From Bdellovibrionales bacterium (GTDB lineage Bacteria > Bdellovibrionota > Bdellovibrionia > Bdellovibrionales > UBA1609): a DNA stretch of 64,000 nt. Below are positions 51,845 to 61,613 of the stretch, piece after piece. The stretch's first letter is position 1; each line of letters starts with the position of its first letter. Below the pieces are notes generated by a model. It ran no database searches, was not told where the DNA came from, and saw only the letters and a program-made list of their open reading frames with translations. The translations under genes and the position numbers were made by a program. The DNA lies in the NCBI GenBank assembly GCA_027317865.1, contig DAHVQG010000001.1:192001-256000 (forward strand), in the 5' to 3' direction.

Positions 51845-52426
51845 ATGAGCCAGGATAATCGAAATCAAATTGAGCAAATGCCCCAGCAAGAAATCGAAAG
51901 CTTGTCGAAAGCGGCTTTCGGGGCGGCGGCACAAAGGATTGAGCCGTCGTCATTTTTAAAGAGTCGAATTGTTCATCGTCTCGTTTTGAAGCAAAAGAGA
52001 AAGAATTTTTGGCAGGTTTTTGCCCCCGTAGCGTTTGGCGCTTTGGCGGTAGCATTTATTTTTAAATTCAACATGGGTGTGAGGCAAAAACCAATGGCGA
52101 TAGCGGCGGCGCTTGTAAATCGTAACTATGCTATTAATTTTATGTTTACGGCGCGGCAATTAGCGTCGGTAGGTTCTGTGGAGCTGCAATTGCCAAAGGG
52201 CGTGCAATTTAGGTCTAACAATCCGTTGGTGAATCGGTCGCATTTTTTACGTTTGGCGATTCATGCGCTCCATAAGAAAACCACGCTGCCGTTTGTGATT
52301 CGCGCATTAAGAAATGAGCAGGCCGTTTTAAAACTGAAAATGTTCGATCGCTCGGGCCGCGAAGTTGGCGATCGTGAAATGGCAGTCAATTTTGTTTCGA
52401 ACAATAAAAGTAATTCGGCTCTTTAG
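51845..52426 (+). CDS. putative membrane anti-sigma factor
   Basis: Follows the ECF gene; short cytoplasmic helix, single TM, beta-rich periplasmic part. Confidence 0.7.
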   Translation: MSQDNRNQIEQMPQQEIESLSKAAFGAAAQRIEPSSFLKSRIVHRLVLKQKRKNFWQVFAPVAFGALAVAFIFKFNMGVRQKPMAIAAALVNRNYAINFMFTARQLASVGSVELQLPKGVQFRSNNPLVNRSHFLRLAIHALHKKTTLPFVIRALRNEQAVLKLKMFDRSGREVGDREMAVNFVSNNKSNSAL

Positions 52427-52446
52427 AGCTGACAAGGAGGCAGGTT

Positions 52447-52851
52447 ATGAAAAAACTCGTTTTTGCAGCGGCAGTATGCTTCTGCTTTTCGCCCTTTGCA
52501 TACGGACAAATGTCGCTGGTTCCGGCGACCAGCTCAGACAGCCAAGCGTTTAATGATGCGGTTCAAGAGTCGCACGAAGCGGCACAGGCCGAAACACATG
52601 AGCAAGATGACAACGAGTTTAACCATGCCGTCGGCTTAGAAGTGGAAAAAGCGGCGTCGGTCGAGGGCCAAAAAGAGCGCGACGAACACTCCGATCGGTG
52701 GTCGGGTGAACTTAAAGAAAATGAAGAGCACGGCGAGCAAGAAAGTTCAACAATAGATGATTCGAACGTCCATGACGGTGCCGGCGTAGTTGGAACGGTA
52801 CGCGGCGGCGACGATGGTGGCGGCGACGGCTCTGCTCACCACGATAATTAA
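52447..52851 (+). CDS. secreted acidic His/Glu/Asp-rich protein
   Basis: AAGGAGG SD, signal peptide, very acidic low-complexity body. Confidence 0.8.
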   Translation: MKKLVFAAAVCFCFSPFAYGQMSLVPATSSDSQAFNDAVQESHEAAQAETHEQDDNEFNHAVGLEVEKAASVEGQKERDEHSDRWSGELKENEEHGEQESSTIDDSNVHDGAGVVGTVRGGDDGGGDGSAHHDN

Positions 52852-52880
52852 TTTCTAATTTCTGAAGCTTTTGAAGGCGT

Positions 52881-52923
52881 CTCGCTCGTCGGTCACCCCA
52901 CAGATCGGCGGGCGAGTTTTTTT
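52881..52923 (+). terminator. intrinsic terminator
   Basis: CTCGCTCGTCGGTC/GATCGGCGGGCGAG stem (with G-U pairs) followed by T7. Confidence 0.85.
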
Positions 52924-52967
52924 GTTATCGTGACTTCTTCAGCCGCGCAGTTTAGTATTGTTGAGCT

Positions 52968-54308
52968 ATGATTTTACAAAATTGGTGGTTTACAAGCCTA
53001 CTCCCACAAAATTTTCCGCCTATTCAGCCCCTAAGACACGACATCAAAGTCGACGTGCTCATTGTTGGCGGGGGCATGACCGGAATGAGCGCGGCGGCCG
53101 CGTTTTTAGAAAAGGGCTTCAAAGTGGCCGTGATCGAGCGCAACGTTTTCGGCGGCAGTAGCACCGGTCGAAGCGCAGGTTTTTTGACTCCCGATAGCGA
53201 ATTGGAACTCAGCCAGCTCGAACGGCGTTTTGGTAATGAAGGGGCGAAAAAAATTTGGCAAGTTCCCGTGTCGGGAATCAATTTGATCGTTGAGCGTGTT
53301 AAAAAATACGATTTGCAGTGCGACTTAATTAAACAAGACAGTCTGTTTGTCGGTATTGGCAAAGACGGGGTCTCCGCGATCAAAGAAGAAAAAGAAGCGC
53401 GCTCGCGCGTCGGGTTTGATTCGATAGTTTACGATAAGTCGCAACTCGAAAATGTGTTGGGCAGCAAGAACTATGAGGCCGCCGTTCGTTACGGTAATAC
53501 GTACGGAATTTCAGCCCTCCAATATGTGCAAAACATGAAGCGCATTTTAATCGACGGTGGGATACAAGTTTATGAAGCGACAGAAGCGCAGCGAATAAAA
53601 GACCATACGGTTTATACGCACGCCGGTAGCGTTACCGCAGACAAAATCATTGTTGCCATCGATAAAATAAAACCGTCATTAACTCGATACAGCCGCGAAG
53701 TGTTTCACGCGCAAACGTTTCTTTCGATTAGCGAACCTTTGAGCGATGAAGATTATAAAAATCTGTTCCCGTCGGGCGAACAGTTTCAATGCTGGGATAG
53801 CACGCTTGTTTACTCGTATTGGCGGCTGACCGGGACAAGGCGGCTATTGTTAGGCGGCGGCAGCGCCATGACGACATTCATGGCTCAATGGGACAACAAA
53901 GAGAAAGTGATCGATGCTGTTATAAAAGGGTTTAAGGCGCGCTTTCCAGCTCTGAAGAAACTCGAATTTATTCAATACTGGCCGGGGCAAATCGATACAA
54001 CGCGCGACCTGCTGCCCACGGTTGTTCGTGATGCAGAGGCTCCGCATATTCACTATGCGTTTGGAATTGTCGGATTGCCATGGGCGAGTTTTTGCGGCGA
54101 CTTTTTAGCGCGGGTTATTTTGGGCACGGCTGAAAAAGATGAAATGGAATACTTTTCGTATTTTTCGGACCGGCGCTATTTTGCGCTACCGACTTCGGTG
54201 CAACGGCTCGTCGGCAAGCCCTTTTTATTTTCAATGAATAATTTCTGGGCGAAATACTATCAAGTCGATGTTAAGCGCCAGCTTAAATTCAATCCAAACG
54301 ATTTTTAA
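52968..54308 (+). CDS. FAD-dependent oxidoreductase (DAO/PuuB-like)
   Basis: DVLIVGGGMTG, GGSSTGRSAG, YWR..RLLLGG. Confidence 0.9.
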   Translation: MILQNWWFTSLLPQNFPPIQPLRHDIKVDVLIVGGGMTGMSAAAAFLEKGFKVAVIERNVFGGSSTGRSAGFLTPDSELELSQLERRFGNEGAKKIWQVPVSGINLIVERVKKYDLQCDLIKQDSLFVGIGKDGVSAIKEEKEARSRVGFDSIVYDKSQLENVLGSKNYEAAVRYGNTYGISALQYVQNMKRILIDGGIQVYEATEAQRIKDHTVYTHAGSVTADKIIVAIDKIKPSLTRYSREVFHAQTFLSISEPLSDEDYKNLFPSGEQFQCWDSTLVYSYWRLTGTRRLLLGGGSAMTTFMAQWDNKEKVIDAVIKGFKARFPALKKLEFIQYWPGQIDTTRDLLPTVVRDAEAPHIHYAFGIVGLPWASFCGDFLARVILGTAEKDEMEYFSYFSDRRYFALPTSVQRLVGKPFLFSMNNFWAKYYQVDVKRQLKFNPNDF

Positions 54309-54320
54309 AGTCTTTGCGAA

Positions 54321-54824
54321 TTAATAGCGCGAGCACGTCAAAACTGCATCCGGCGCTGTGGTCGGATGGGGATTGGGTTCGGCAAGCCACATTTGCAATT
54401 GAAGGCCTGCCGTGGTCGGGCTCATGATCGTGTTTTCGTAAAATGTCTGCCCCTGTTGAACCGTTGTAACGTTCGTTACAAGTTGACCTTTTTCACAAAG
54501 TGTTTGCGAAGTAGTTATGATTTTGCCGACTTGCGGGTCATTGTACGTTTCTGAAACTGGAGGTGCGCCAGGGATAACTTGCGAATTCGACCCCGTACCG
54601 TCACTAAAAGTTTCGGCGACCTGATAATCGTTGCCGTTTTGCCCGATTTGTATTGTTGACGGAAATATTGCGGCCATTGCGGTCGCATGACAGTTCACAT
54701 ATGTTCCGGCGAGATTAGGACAAACGTTCGAAACTGCAACCGTAATGGCGTTTGCTTGAATGCCAAGTGCGGCCAAAGCAAAAGCCGAAAAAACAACCAA
54801 AATGGCAAGTCGCAAGGATTTCAT
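54321..54824 (-). CDS. secreted hypothetical protein
   Basis: Signal peptide; CPNLAGTY..C; 4 Cys. Confidence 0.75.
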   Translation of the reverse strand: MKSLRLAILVVFSAFALAALGIQANAITVAVSNVCPNLAGTYVNCHATAMAAIFPSTIQIGQNGNDYQVAETFSDGTGSNSQVIPGAPPVSETYNDPQVGKIITTSQTLCEKGQLVTNVTTVQQGQTFYENTIMSPTTAGLQLQMWLAEPNPHPTTAPDAVLTCSRY

Positions 54825-54915
54825 AATGATTTACCCCCTAAGATTGCCGCGACCTATAGCATGGGTTGGTAAACGAGTCTACTCGTGCATTGCCGAGCGT
54901 CTACTGATGCCCGCT

Positions 54916-55815
54916 TTATTTAGAGGCGATTAGCGTGGCTCGTGCTGATTGAGCACGTTTTTTGAGCTCTTTGTCTACTGTTGGGTACCCGAGCTTCAGC
55001 GCGGCAATTGAGTGCGTCACGACTTCGGCAACTAGAGTTCGCGCGGCCCATTTATAATCGGCGGGAATGACAAACCACGGTGCCCAAGCCGTGTTTGTTT
55101 CTGAAATTGCTTCTTCGTAAGCCCCTTTATAATCGTCCCAATAACCGCGTTCGCTAAGATCCGATGGCGAAAACTTCCAAAGTTTTTCTTTGTCGTCGAG
55201 GCGGGCAAGAAGTCTACGCTTCTGTTCGTCTTTCGAAATATGTAAGAAAAATTTTAAAATCACCGTACCGTTTCGTGAGAGGTGGCGTTCGAAGGCATTG
55301 ATGTCGTCGTAGCGCGACCTCCAAAAATCGTTGCGATTTTTCAATCGAAGATGCTCTTTTGTCAACCACTCCGGGTGCACTTTGACTGCAACGACGTCTT
55401 CGTAATAAGAGCGATTAAAAATCGCGATACGTCCGCGCTCCGGAACGACTAACCCATGTCGCCAAAGAAAGGAGTGCTCCAGTTCATGGGACGTGGGTTG
55501 TTTGAAACTGTGCACGGAGCAGCCCTGAGGGTTGACTCCCGACATGACGTGTTTAATGGTTCCGTCTTTTCCGGCTGTATCCATGCCTTGCAAAATGATT
55601 AAAATGGCATGAGCGTCGCTCGCATAAAGTAGCTCTTGCGCCTCAGCGAGTTCTTGCACATTTTTCTTAAGAATCTTTTTTGCTTCGTCTTTCAGTTTTG
55701 TCAGATCTTGGGTTTTAAGTTCTTTAGCGTGTACCCAGTCGGTCGCGATATGCTTGAGGCGCACATTCGTGCCCACTTTAACTTTGAGTCTTTTGATGTC
55801 TTGATTATCTAGCAT
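54916..55815 (-). CDS. ppk2: polyphosphate kinase 2 family
   Basis: QGMDTAGKDG, FKQP, FNRSYYE, KFFLHISK, APW. Confidence 0.94.
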   Translation of the reverse strand: MLDNQDIKRLKVKVGTNVRLKHIATDWVHAKELKTQDLTKLKDEAKKILKKNVQELAEAQELLYASDAHAILIILQGMDTAGKDGTIKHVMSGVNPQGCSVHSFKQPTSHELEHSFLWRHGLVVPERGRIAIFNRSYYEDVVAVKVHPEWLTKEHLRLKNRNDFWRSRYDDINAFERHLSRNGTVILKFFLHISKDEQKRRLLARLDDKEKLWKFSPSDLSERGYWDDYKGAYEEAISETNTAWAPWFVIPADYKWAARTLVAEVVTHSIAALKLGYPTVDKELKKRAQSARATLIASK

Positions 55816-55829
55816 TTGAAATAACCCAG

Positions 55830-56534
55830 TTATGAACCGGCCGGAACGTCAAGACCGCGTTGTACTGCCGGGCGAGCTAAAAATTTCTCCATCGCTTTTT
55901 GCACATTTGAATATTCATTTATTCCGATCAGGTCACCGGCACCGTAAAAAGCGGTTATTGTGCGCACCCACGGGAAAATGGCCATATCAGCAATTGTGTA
56001 TTCGTCACCGGCCATCCACTGATGTGTACCCAAATGACCGTCGAGTACGCCCAGTATCCGCTTGGATTCGGCCAAATAGCGATCGCGCGGACGTTTATCT
56101 TCTATTTCTTTGCCTGCAAATTTCACGAAAAAACCGAGTTGCCCAAACATCGGGCCGACACTACCCATTTGAAACATCAACCATTGAATCGTTTGATAGC
56201 GTTTGTGAGGGTCTTTAGGTAAAAATTTACCGGTCTTTTCGGCTAAATAAATCAGAATCGCACCCGACTCAAAAAGCGGCAGTGGTTTACCGGCAGGACC
56301 ATTCGGATCTAAAATCGCGGGAATTTTATTGTTTGGATTAAGCGACAAAAACTCAGGCGAAAATTGATCGCGCTGATCAAATCTCACCATATGGGCTTCG
56401 TACGGTACGCCGGCTTCTTCAAGCATGACCGAAACTTTGATCCCGTTCGGAGTCGGTAATGAATACAGTTGCAGGCGATCGGGATATTTCGGCGGCCATT
56501 TTTTAGTTATCTGAAAAGCGGAAAGGTCTGGCAT
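55830..56534 (-). CDS. glutathione S-transferase (YfcG/Nu-like)
   Basis: TPNG, NPNNKIPAI, FESGAIL, WLMFQM. Confidence 0.94.
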   Translation of the reverse strand: MPDLSAFQITKKWPPKYPDRLQLYSLPTPNGIKVSVMLEEAGVPYEAHMVRFDQRDQFSPEFLSLNPNNKIPAILDPNGPAGKPLPLFESGAILIYLAEKTGKFLPKDPHKRYQTIQWLMFQMGSVGPMFGQLGFFVKFAGKEIEDKRPRDRYLAESKRILGVLDGHLGTHQWMAGDEYTIADMAIFPWVRTITAFYGAGDLIGINEYSNVQKAMEKFLARPAVQRGLDVPAGS

Positions 56535-56597
56535 TTCAAAATCTCCTTTATTTAACTTTATACTACTGCTCTGGGCTCACATATTGTACTTATTTAA

Positions 56598-57074
56598 GTG
56601 GCGTTAGATTTTCAGACAGGCGCGGCGTTAAAGATGGATTCAAAACTCGTACGGGTTATAATTATTTTTCTGGCCATTTCGGTGGTTGCATTTGTTTCCA
56701 CAAGGTTTCTAGGAATCCATTTCGGCACAAACGATTTTTGGGATTATCACGGTGTTCTTTTTTTAATAGCCATCACCTTTTTTCCGCGGCTCACGCTTCT
56801 GTTTTCAAGTGTTCCTTTTGGAGGGATATTTTGGTGGTTAGGATGGCTTTTTGCCCCGCGTATTCTTGTGGCGATATTGGCAACGATTACCTATTGGAAT
56901 AGTAATCCTATTCTTGTTACTCTTTCATGGCTGATCGCAATTGGCCTTGAAAGTTCCGAAAAGAGATTCGTCATCTATCGAACGCGCCGGGTGCGAACGG
57001 ATGGGGCCGATCGGCAACGTGATGTTGGGCCGAGCAGCGAGATTATCGATGTTACGCCCACGCATAAGGAGTAA
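56598..57074 (+). CDS. hypothetical membrane protein
   Basis: Several TM segments, FPR/APR repeats; start may be ATG 56634. Confidence 0.7.
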   Translation: MALDFQTGAALKMDSKLVRVIIIFLAISVVAFVSTRFLGIHFGTNDFWDYHGVLFLIAITFFPRLTLLFSSVPFGGIFWWLGWLFAPRILVAILATITYWNSNPILVTLSWLIAIGLESSEKRFVIYRTRRVRTDGADRQRDVGPSSEIIDVTPTHKE

Positions 57075-57075
57075 T

Positions 57076-58908
57076 ATGTTTACGTCTCTTGAACTTGGAA
57101 CGGAACCGCCAAATCTACCCCGTCAACCGTTTCGGTTTGTTCTTTATTTTTTGAAATTCTATTGGGTTGCGCTACTGGTGATGCTTCTTATGGAAATCGG
57201 CCAGGCGACGTGTCAGATTTTGATCCCGTACGCCGTAAAAGAAATCATCGATCTCGGCTCGCAACTTCACGGAACATTCGCCGAAGCGCTTGCGCAACTT
57301 AAACCGGCTATTGTTTTGTTTATTGCATTGAGTATTGGGATTCTCGTATTCAGTCGCATTAGCGGCGGATTACTCGTCATGACGGGCCCTTCATTGCGTC
57401 GCCGCGTGCGATACTCGATTTATCATTATCTACAATATCACTCCCAAAAGTTTTTTATCAGCCATTTTGCCGGTTCTCTGGCAAATCGGGTTTCAGAAGT
57501 TTCTATGGGAGTGAACCACGTTCTTTGGACGATTCTTTTTGATTTCGTACCGGTCACGGTGACTTTTAGTGTGTCGTTATTTTTATTGTATAAGGCAAAC
57601 GCGGAGTTGGCGTGGCTGCTCGGCGCATGGGTATTGTTCTACATCGTGACCTCGTTTGTGCTGGCGATTCGTTGCAAAGGCTATGCGAAAAAATGGGCGG
57701 CAACACGCAGCACAGTGACCGGAAAAATCGTCGATAGCGTGACAAACGTACTCAACACGAAATTATTCGCGCGGTTGAATTATGAGCGCAAATATTTGGC
57801 CGACTATTTAAATCTCGAGGTTAAAACGGCGCGTAAGACCTTATGGTACATGGAGGGCATGCGGTGGTTTCAGTTTATCGCCACGATGGCTCTTCAGGTG
57901 GCTATGATCATCATGGCGATGCGCTTTTGGATAACGGGCAAAATGAGCGTGGGTTCATTTGCGATGGTTACGAGTTTAGCGCTTCTCATCATCAACGAAG
58001 CTCGCGGTTTGAGCCGACGTTTTCTCGATTTCTTTGAATACGTCGGCAATGTTGCGGATGGCGTTAGTATTATCGTAAGACCGCACGAAGTCGTCGATTT
58101 GTCTGCGGCCAAACCGATTGTCGTGAAAGAAGGTAAAGTTGAGTACGATCACGTCACATTTAAATATGACGACAAAGCCAAGCCGGTGTTTTCGAATTTG
58201 TCGGTAACGATCGAACCTGGGCAACGGATAGGATTGGTTGGCTTTTCAGGCTCCGGCAAGACGTCTTTTGTGAACCTAATTTTACGAATGTACGATCTTC
58301 AGTCGGGAATGATTCGCATTGACGGTCAGGATATTTCTCAGTGTACGCAAGATAGTTTGCGCGAACAAATCAGTATGATCCCACAAGAACCGATGTTGTT
58401 TCACCGGTCGCTCATGGATAATATCCGTTACGGCTCAATTGGCGCTACTGACGACGACGTAATAGCGGCGGCCAAAGCGGCGCGTGCTCATGAGTTTATC
58501 ATGGACCTCCCAGAAAAATACGAGTCGTTGGTTGGTGAGCGTGGCGTGAAATTATCCGGCGGCCAGCGCCAACGAATTGCCATCGCACGCGCGATACTCA
58601 AAAACGCACCGATACTGATGTTGGATGAAGCCACATCCAGCCTCGATTCCGTGACTGAAAAAGCCATACAGAGTTCGCTTGAAACATTAATGAAAAATCG
58701 CACGGTCATTGTTGTTGCGCATAGACTTTCGACAATTTCTTATCTTGATCGCATTTTAGTTTTTCATCAGGGTGAAGTCATTGAAGATGGAAATCATGAT
58801 GAACTTTTACGTCGAAATGGTCATTACGCGCGACTGTGGCGAATGCAAGTAGGAGGATTCTTGCCCGAAAGGGAAACTCCGTCGGTCGTTACCGAGCGAG
58901 AAGCGTGA
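57076..58908 (+). CDS. ABC exporter, fused permease/ATPase
   Basis: TMD plus GFSGSGKT, LSGGQRQR, LDEATS; AAGGAG SD before ATG 57076. Confidence 0.95.
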   Translation: MFTSLELGTEPPNLPRQPFRFVLYFLKFYWVALLVMLLMEIGQATCQILIPYAVKEIIDLGSQLHGTFAEALAQLKPAIVLFIALSIGILVFSRISGGLLVMTGPSLRRRVRYSIYHYLQYHSQKFFISHFAGSLANRVSEVSMGVNHVLWTILFDFVPVTVTFSVSLFLLYKANAELAWLLGAWVLFYIVTSFVLAIRCKGYAKKWAATRSTVTGKIVDSVTNVLNTKLFARLNYERKYLADYLNLEVKTARKTLWYMEGMRWFQFIATMALQVAMIIMAMRFWITGKMSVGSFAMVTSLALLIINEARGLSRRFLDFFEYVGNVADGVSIIVRPHEVVDLSAAKPIVVKEGKVEYDHVTFKYDDKAKPVFSNLSVTIEPGQRIGLVGFSGSGKTSFVNLILRMYDLQSGMIRIDGQDISQCTQDSLREQISMIPQEPMLFHRSLMDNIRYGSIGATDDDVIAAAKAARAHEFIMDLPEKYESLVGERGVKLSGGQRQRIAIARAILKNAPILMLDEATSSLDSVTEKAIQSSLETLMKNRTVIVVAHRLSTISYLDRILVFHQGEVIEDGNHDELLRRNGHYARLWRMQVGGFLPERETPSVVTEREA

Positions 58909-58928
58909 CCATTTTATATCGGCGCGGC

Positions 58929-59504
58929 TTATTTATAGCCGATTAGTAAAGCGTTGCATTCTTTTTGTAACAAACCACCGTGAATTTCGATGGTCGAAAA
59001 TGTCGCTCGGGCCGCTATGTCAGCTGCTCGAATATCGATTTGCGAAAAGCCTTGTTGTTGAAGAAATAACATCGAACTGCCAAAATACACTCGCGGGATG
59101 CCGGCCCAGATGATCGCCGATAGGCACATCGGGCACGGTTCGACTGTGGAGTACAAAACCAAATCTTTCCAATAAACGTTTTGTTTTCGTGCGACTTTTT
59201 GAATCGCCACAATTTCAGCATGCAGTGTCGGGTCGAGATGTGCGTCGTTCGCGGCGCCGGTTAAAATTTTGCCAGTCAACGAGTCAACAATTACCGCTCC
59301 CATCGGGTAGTTTCGGGAGAGGCGAGCTTCACGAATCGCGTGCCGCATAAGTTGTTCGTGATCAAGGGTTGAACTGTTCGATGGAGATTGGGCAGGCATT
59401 ACCGTTGGTAACATTGCCATAGTTCGAATCGGAGCCGCAGCGGCATTGTTCAACAGGACAATGAATAGTAAAATCGCGGCAAATATTAAGGTTAAAATGC
59501 CCAT
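58929..59504 (-). CDS. nucleoside/nucleobase deaminase with signal peptide
   Basis: PMGAVIV, HAE, EPCPMC; N-terminal hydrophobic stretch ending AAAA. Confidence 0.88.
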   Translation of the reverse strand: MGILTLIFAAILLFIVLLNNAAAAPIRTMAMLPTVMPAQSPSNSSTLDHEQLMRHAIREARLSRNYPMGAVIVDSLTGKILTGAANDAHLDPTLHAEIVAIQKVARKQNVYWKDLVLYSTVEPCPMCLSAIIWAGIPRVYFGSSMLFLQQQGFSQIDIRAADIAARATFSTIEIHGGLLQKECNALLIGYK

Positions 59505-59556
59505 ATTAAAGGACCAATTGCCTGCGCGCCACCGTACTGTCATGCCATAGTTCTAC

Positions 59557-59572
59557 TGCAAGAACGCGGCCA
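59557..59572 (-). promoter_or_regulatory. putative sigma54 promoter
   Basis: Minus strand TGGCCGCGTTCTTGCA (GG-N10-GC). Confidence 0.6.
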
Positions 59573-59666
59573 CAGGTTTACGTGGAGATAGTCATCGTTT
59601 TGATATGCTGATGTGGTATCGAAAACAGAGCTTACTAAAGGCCGTATAATTTAGTAAAAGTCTCTC

Positions 59667-60920
59667 GTGAAAAAAGGTTTAGTGAATTCGAAAGGCTTTC
59701 AAAAGTGGCAAAGCGGCCACCCCTGGCTCTATGCAACCGATATTCTGCATAAAAAGAACTTGCCGCAACGGCCATCCCTAGTTTTTTTTGGCGAGAACTG
59801 GTGGTTTTGTTCGCCTAAGAGTTTTTTGCGGCTGCGGCGTTTTGGTCCTTTGCAACCACAGTGGATGAAGAATTCTCGTCTTGAGGTCATAACGAATGCG
59901 GACCAGTTTCGATCTTATTTTGGAGAATGGCTCGCGCGTCATTTAACCGAGACGCTTGAAAGTAAAATGAGCGCAGTATTAAAGCCCGGTGATGATATCG
60001 TGCTTCGATGGATATTTTCTGAAGCCGATTTGTTACCTGGGCTGACCGTGGATATTTTTGATGACACCGTGATTTGCCAAATTACAACGGCTCCCATTGA
60101 ATTGTTTTGGTTGGCGCTTCGCGAACTTATTTCGGCCGCATTTGCTGCACGTTTTGGTTATGAGCCGAAAATTTTTGAACTCCGAAATTCGCCTGCGCGG
60201 CTGAAGGAGGGTCTTGAAGTGATCGCGCCGGCAGAAAGGCAACACGGCACACCGTTTGATACTTCGAGTAGACCGTTGAGATGGAACGGATACAAGTGGC
60301 AATTTCAACTTGACCGGCCAACGCAGAAAACTGGGGCGTATCTTGATCAACGCGACAATCACTTGCGCGCGGCGGAAATCGCAAAGTCGTTTGGGTTTAA
60401 AACAGCTTGGGACGGCTTTTGTTATCAAGGAGGATTTACCATTCATCTGCTCGGCAAAGGTTTAACGGTTACGGCCGTGGACCAGTCGCAAGAGGCACTT
60501 GAAGTTCTCAAAAAAAATTTAATTTTAAATAACTTGCCACCGAGCCACTGTGACATTGTAAGGGCCGATGCCTTCGAATGGCTACGTGAGCAACAAGCAA
60601 ACGGTCGTACGGCGGATCTTATAATTCTTGATCCACCAAGTTTTGTAAAATCAAGAGAGGTCCTTACCGCTGCACGTAAGGGTTATCTTGAGCTCAACCG
60701 GTTGGCGTTTGAGTGTTTGTCGGCCCATGGTGTATTGGTCTCGTGTGTCTGTTCACATCACATGCGGCCCGACGACTATAAAAAGGTTTTGGAAGCTGCG
60801 GCTGCGCCGAACAAAATTGAAATTTTACAGGTGCACGGTCCAAGCGCGGATCATCCGGTGTTACGGGAATTCCCAGAGGGCGACTATCTGCATGCGTGGT
60901 TTGTGCGTATTGTAACCTAG
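59667..60920 (+). CDS. RlmI-like SAM-dependent rRNA methyltransferase
   Basis: GHPW, SEAD.LPGL.VD, QKTG.YLDQRDN, FCYQGGF, ILDPPSF. Confidence 0.88.
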   Translation: MKKGLVNSKGFQKWQSGHPWLYATDILHKKNLPQRPSLVFFGENWWFCSPKSFLRLRRFGPLQPQWMKNSRLEVITNADQFRSYFGEWLARHLTETLESKMSAVLKPGDDIVLRWIFSEADLLPGLTVDIFDDTVICQITTAPIELFWLALRELISAAFAARFGYEPKIFELRNSPARLKEGLEVIAPAERQHGTPFDTSSRPLRWNGYKWQFQLDRPTQKTGAYLDQRDNHLRAAEIAKSFGFKTAWDGFCYQGGFTIHLLGKGLTVTAVDQSQEALEVLKKNLILNNLPPSHCDIVRADAFEWLREQQANGRTADLIILDPPSFVKSREVLTAARKGYLELNRLAFECLSAHGVLVSCVCSHHMRPDDYKKVLEAAAAPNKIEILQVHGPSADHPVLREFPEGDYLHAWFVRIVT

Positions 60921-60926
60921 TCGCGA

Positions 60927-61592
60927 TTATGAATAAGACGTTGAGACAACAACGTTGTTTGTAACTTTGTGCACGCCCGACGTGCCGAGCGCGGCCCATT
61001 CCGCTTCGTTTTTTTCGCTCCACGAGTCAACTTTTCCGCTGAGAACGACTTCGCCGCCATTTTTGACTTCGATACGAATGCGACTCGCGTCTTTTTCAGC
61101 ATGACGATGTAGCGCCCGCTTGATTTGTGATTGAATGTCTTTGACGGCCGCCGCCGGTTCAATCGTAATATCATTTGTTACGCCCCTGACACCCGTCAAT
61201 CCTTTTACGGCGCTTTCAGCGGCCTGCCTTTGATAATCGCCTTTAACCTTGCCGGTTAAAGTGATCCAGCCGTTTTCAACACCGATTTTGATCGATTCTT
61301 CGGGAACCCAAACATTCCACTTGATGGCGTTAATTGCCGCTTCAGCAATGTCCCGATCGTCTTTTACAAATCCATCCGTCAACTTCACATCAATTTTATT
61401 TACGACAGCCGACACGCCCTTAACCTTTCTGGCGGCTTCTTCGGCCGCCCACTTTTCTGCGTACGATGGTACTGTACCGCCGAGAGTAATGATGCCATTA
61501 CTTGCGCTCACTCCGATATCACCTTCGTTAATACGCGGATCCCATCGCAGTTCTTCGTAAACGTCTCGCTGTAGATCAGTATTCGACTTCAT
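60927..61592 (-). CDS. BON-domain protein (3 BON repeats)
   Basis: Repeated G.ITL.G.V....K..AE..A..V.GV..V.N. Confidence 0.93.
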   Translation of the reverse strand: MKSNTDLQRDVYEELRWDPRINEGDIGVSASNGIITLGGTVPSYAEKWAAEEAARKVKGVSAVVNKIDVKLTDGFVKDDRDIAEAAINAIKWNVWVPEESIKIGVENGWITLTGKVKGDYQRQAAESAVKGLTGVRGVTNDITIEPAAAVKDIQSQIKRALHRHAEKDASRIRIEVKNGGEVVLSGKVDSWSEKNEAEWAALGTSGVHKVTNNVVVSTSYS

Positions 61593-61613
61593 TAGTATAA
61601 AAACCCAAAATAA

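Noticed and set aside
56941-57075. N-terminal extension of the ABC transporter
   Set aside because: Overlaps the upstream gene; an AAGGAG SD supports ATG 57076.
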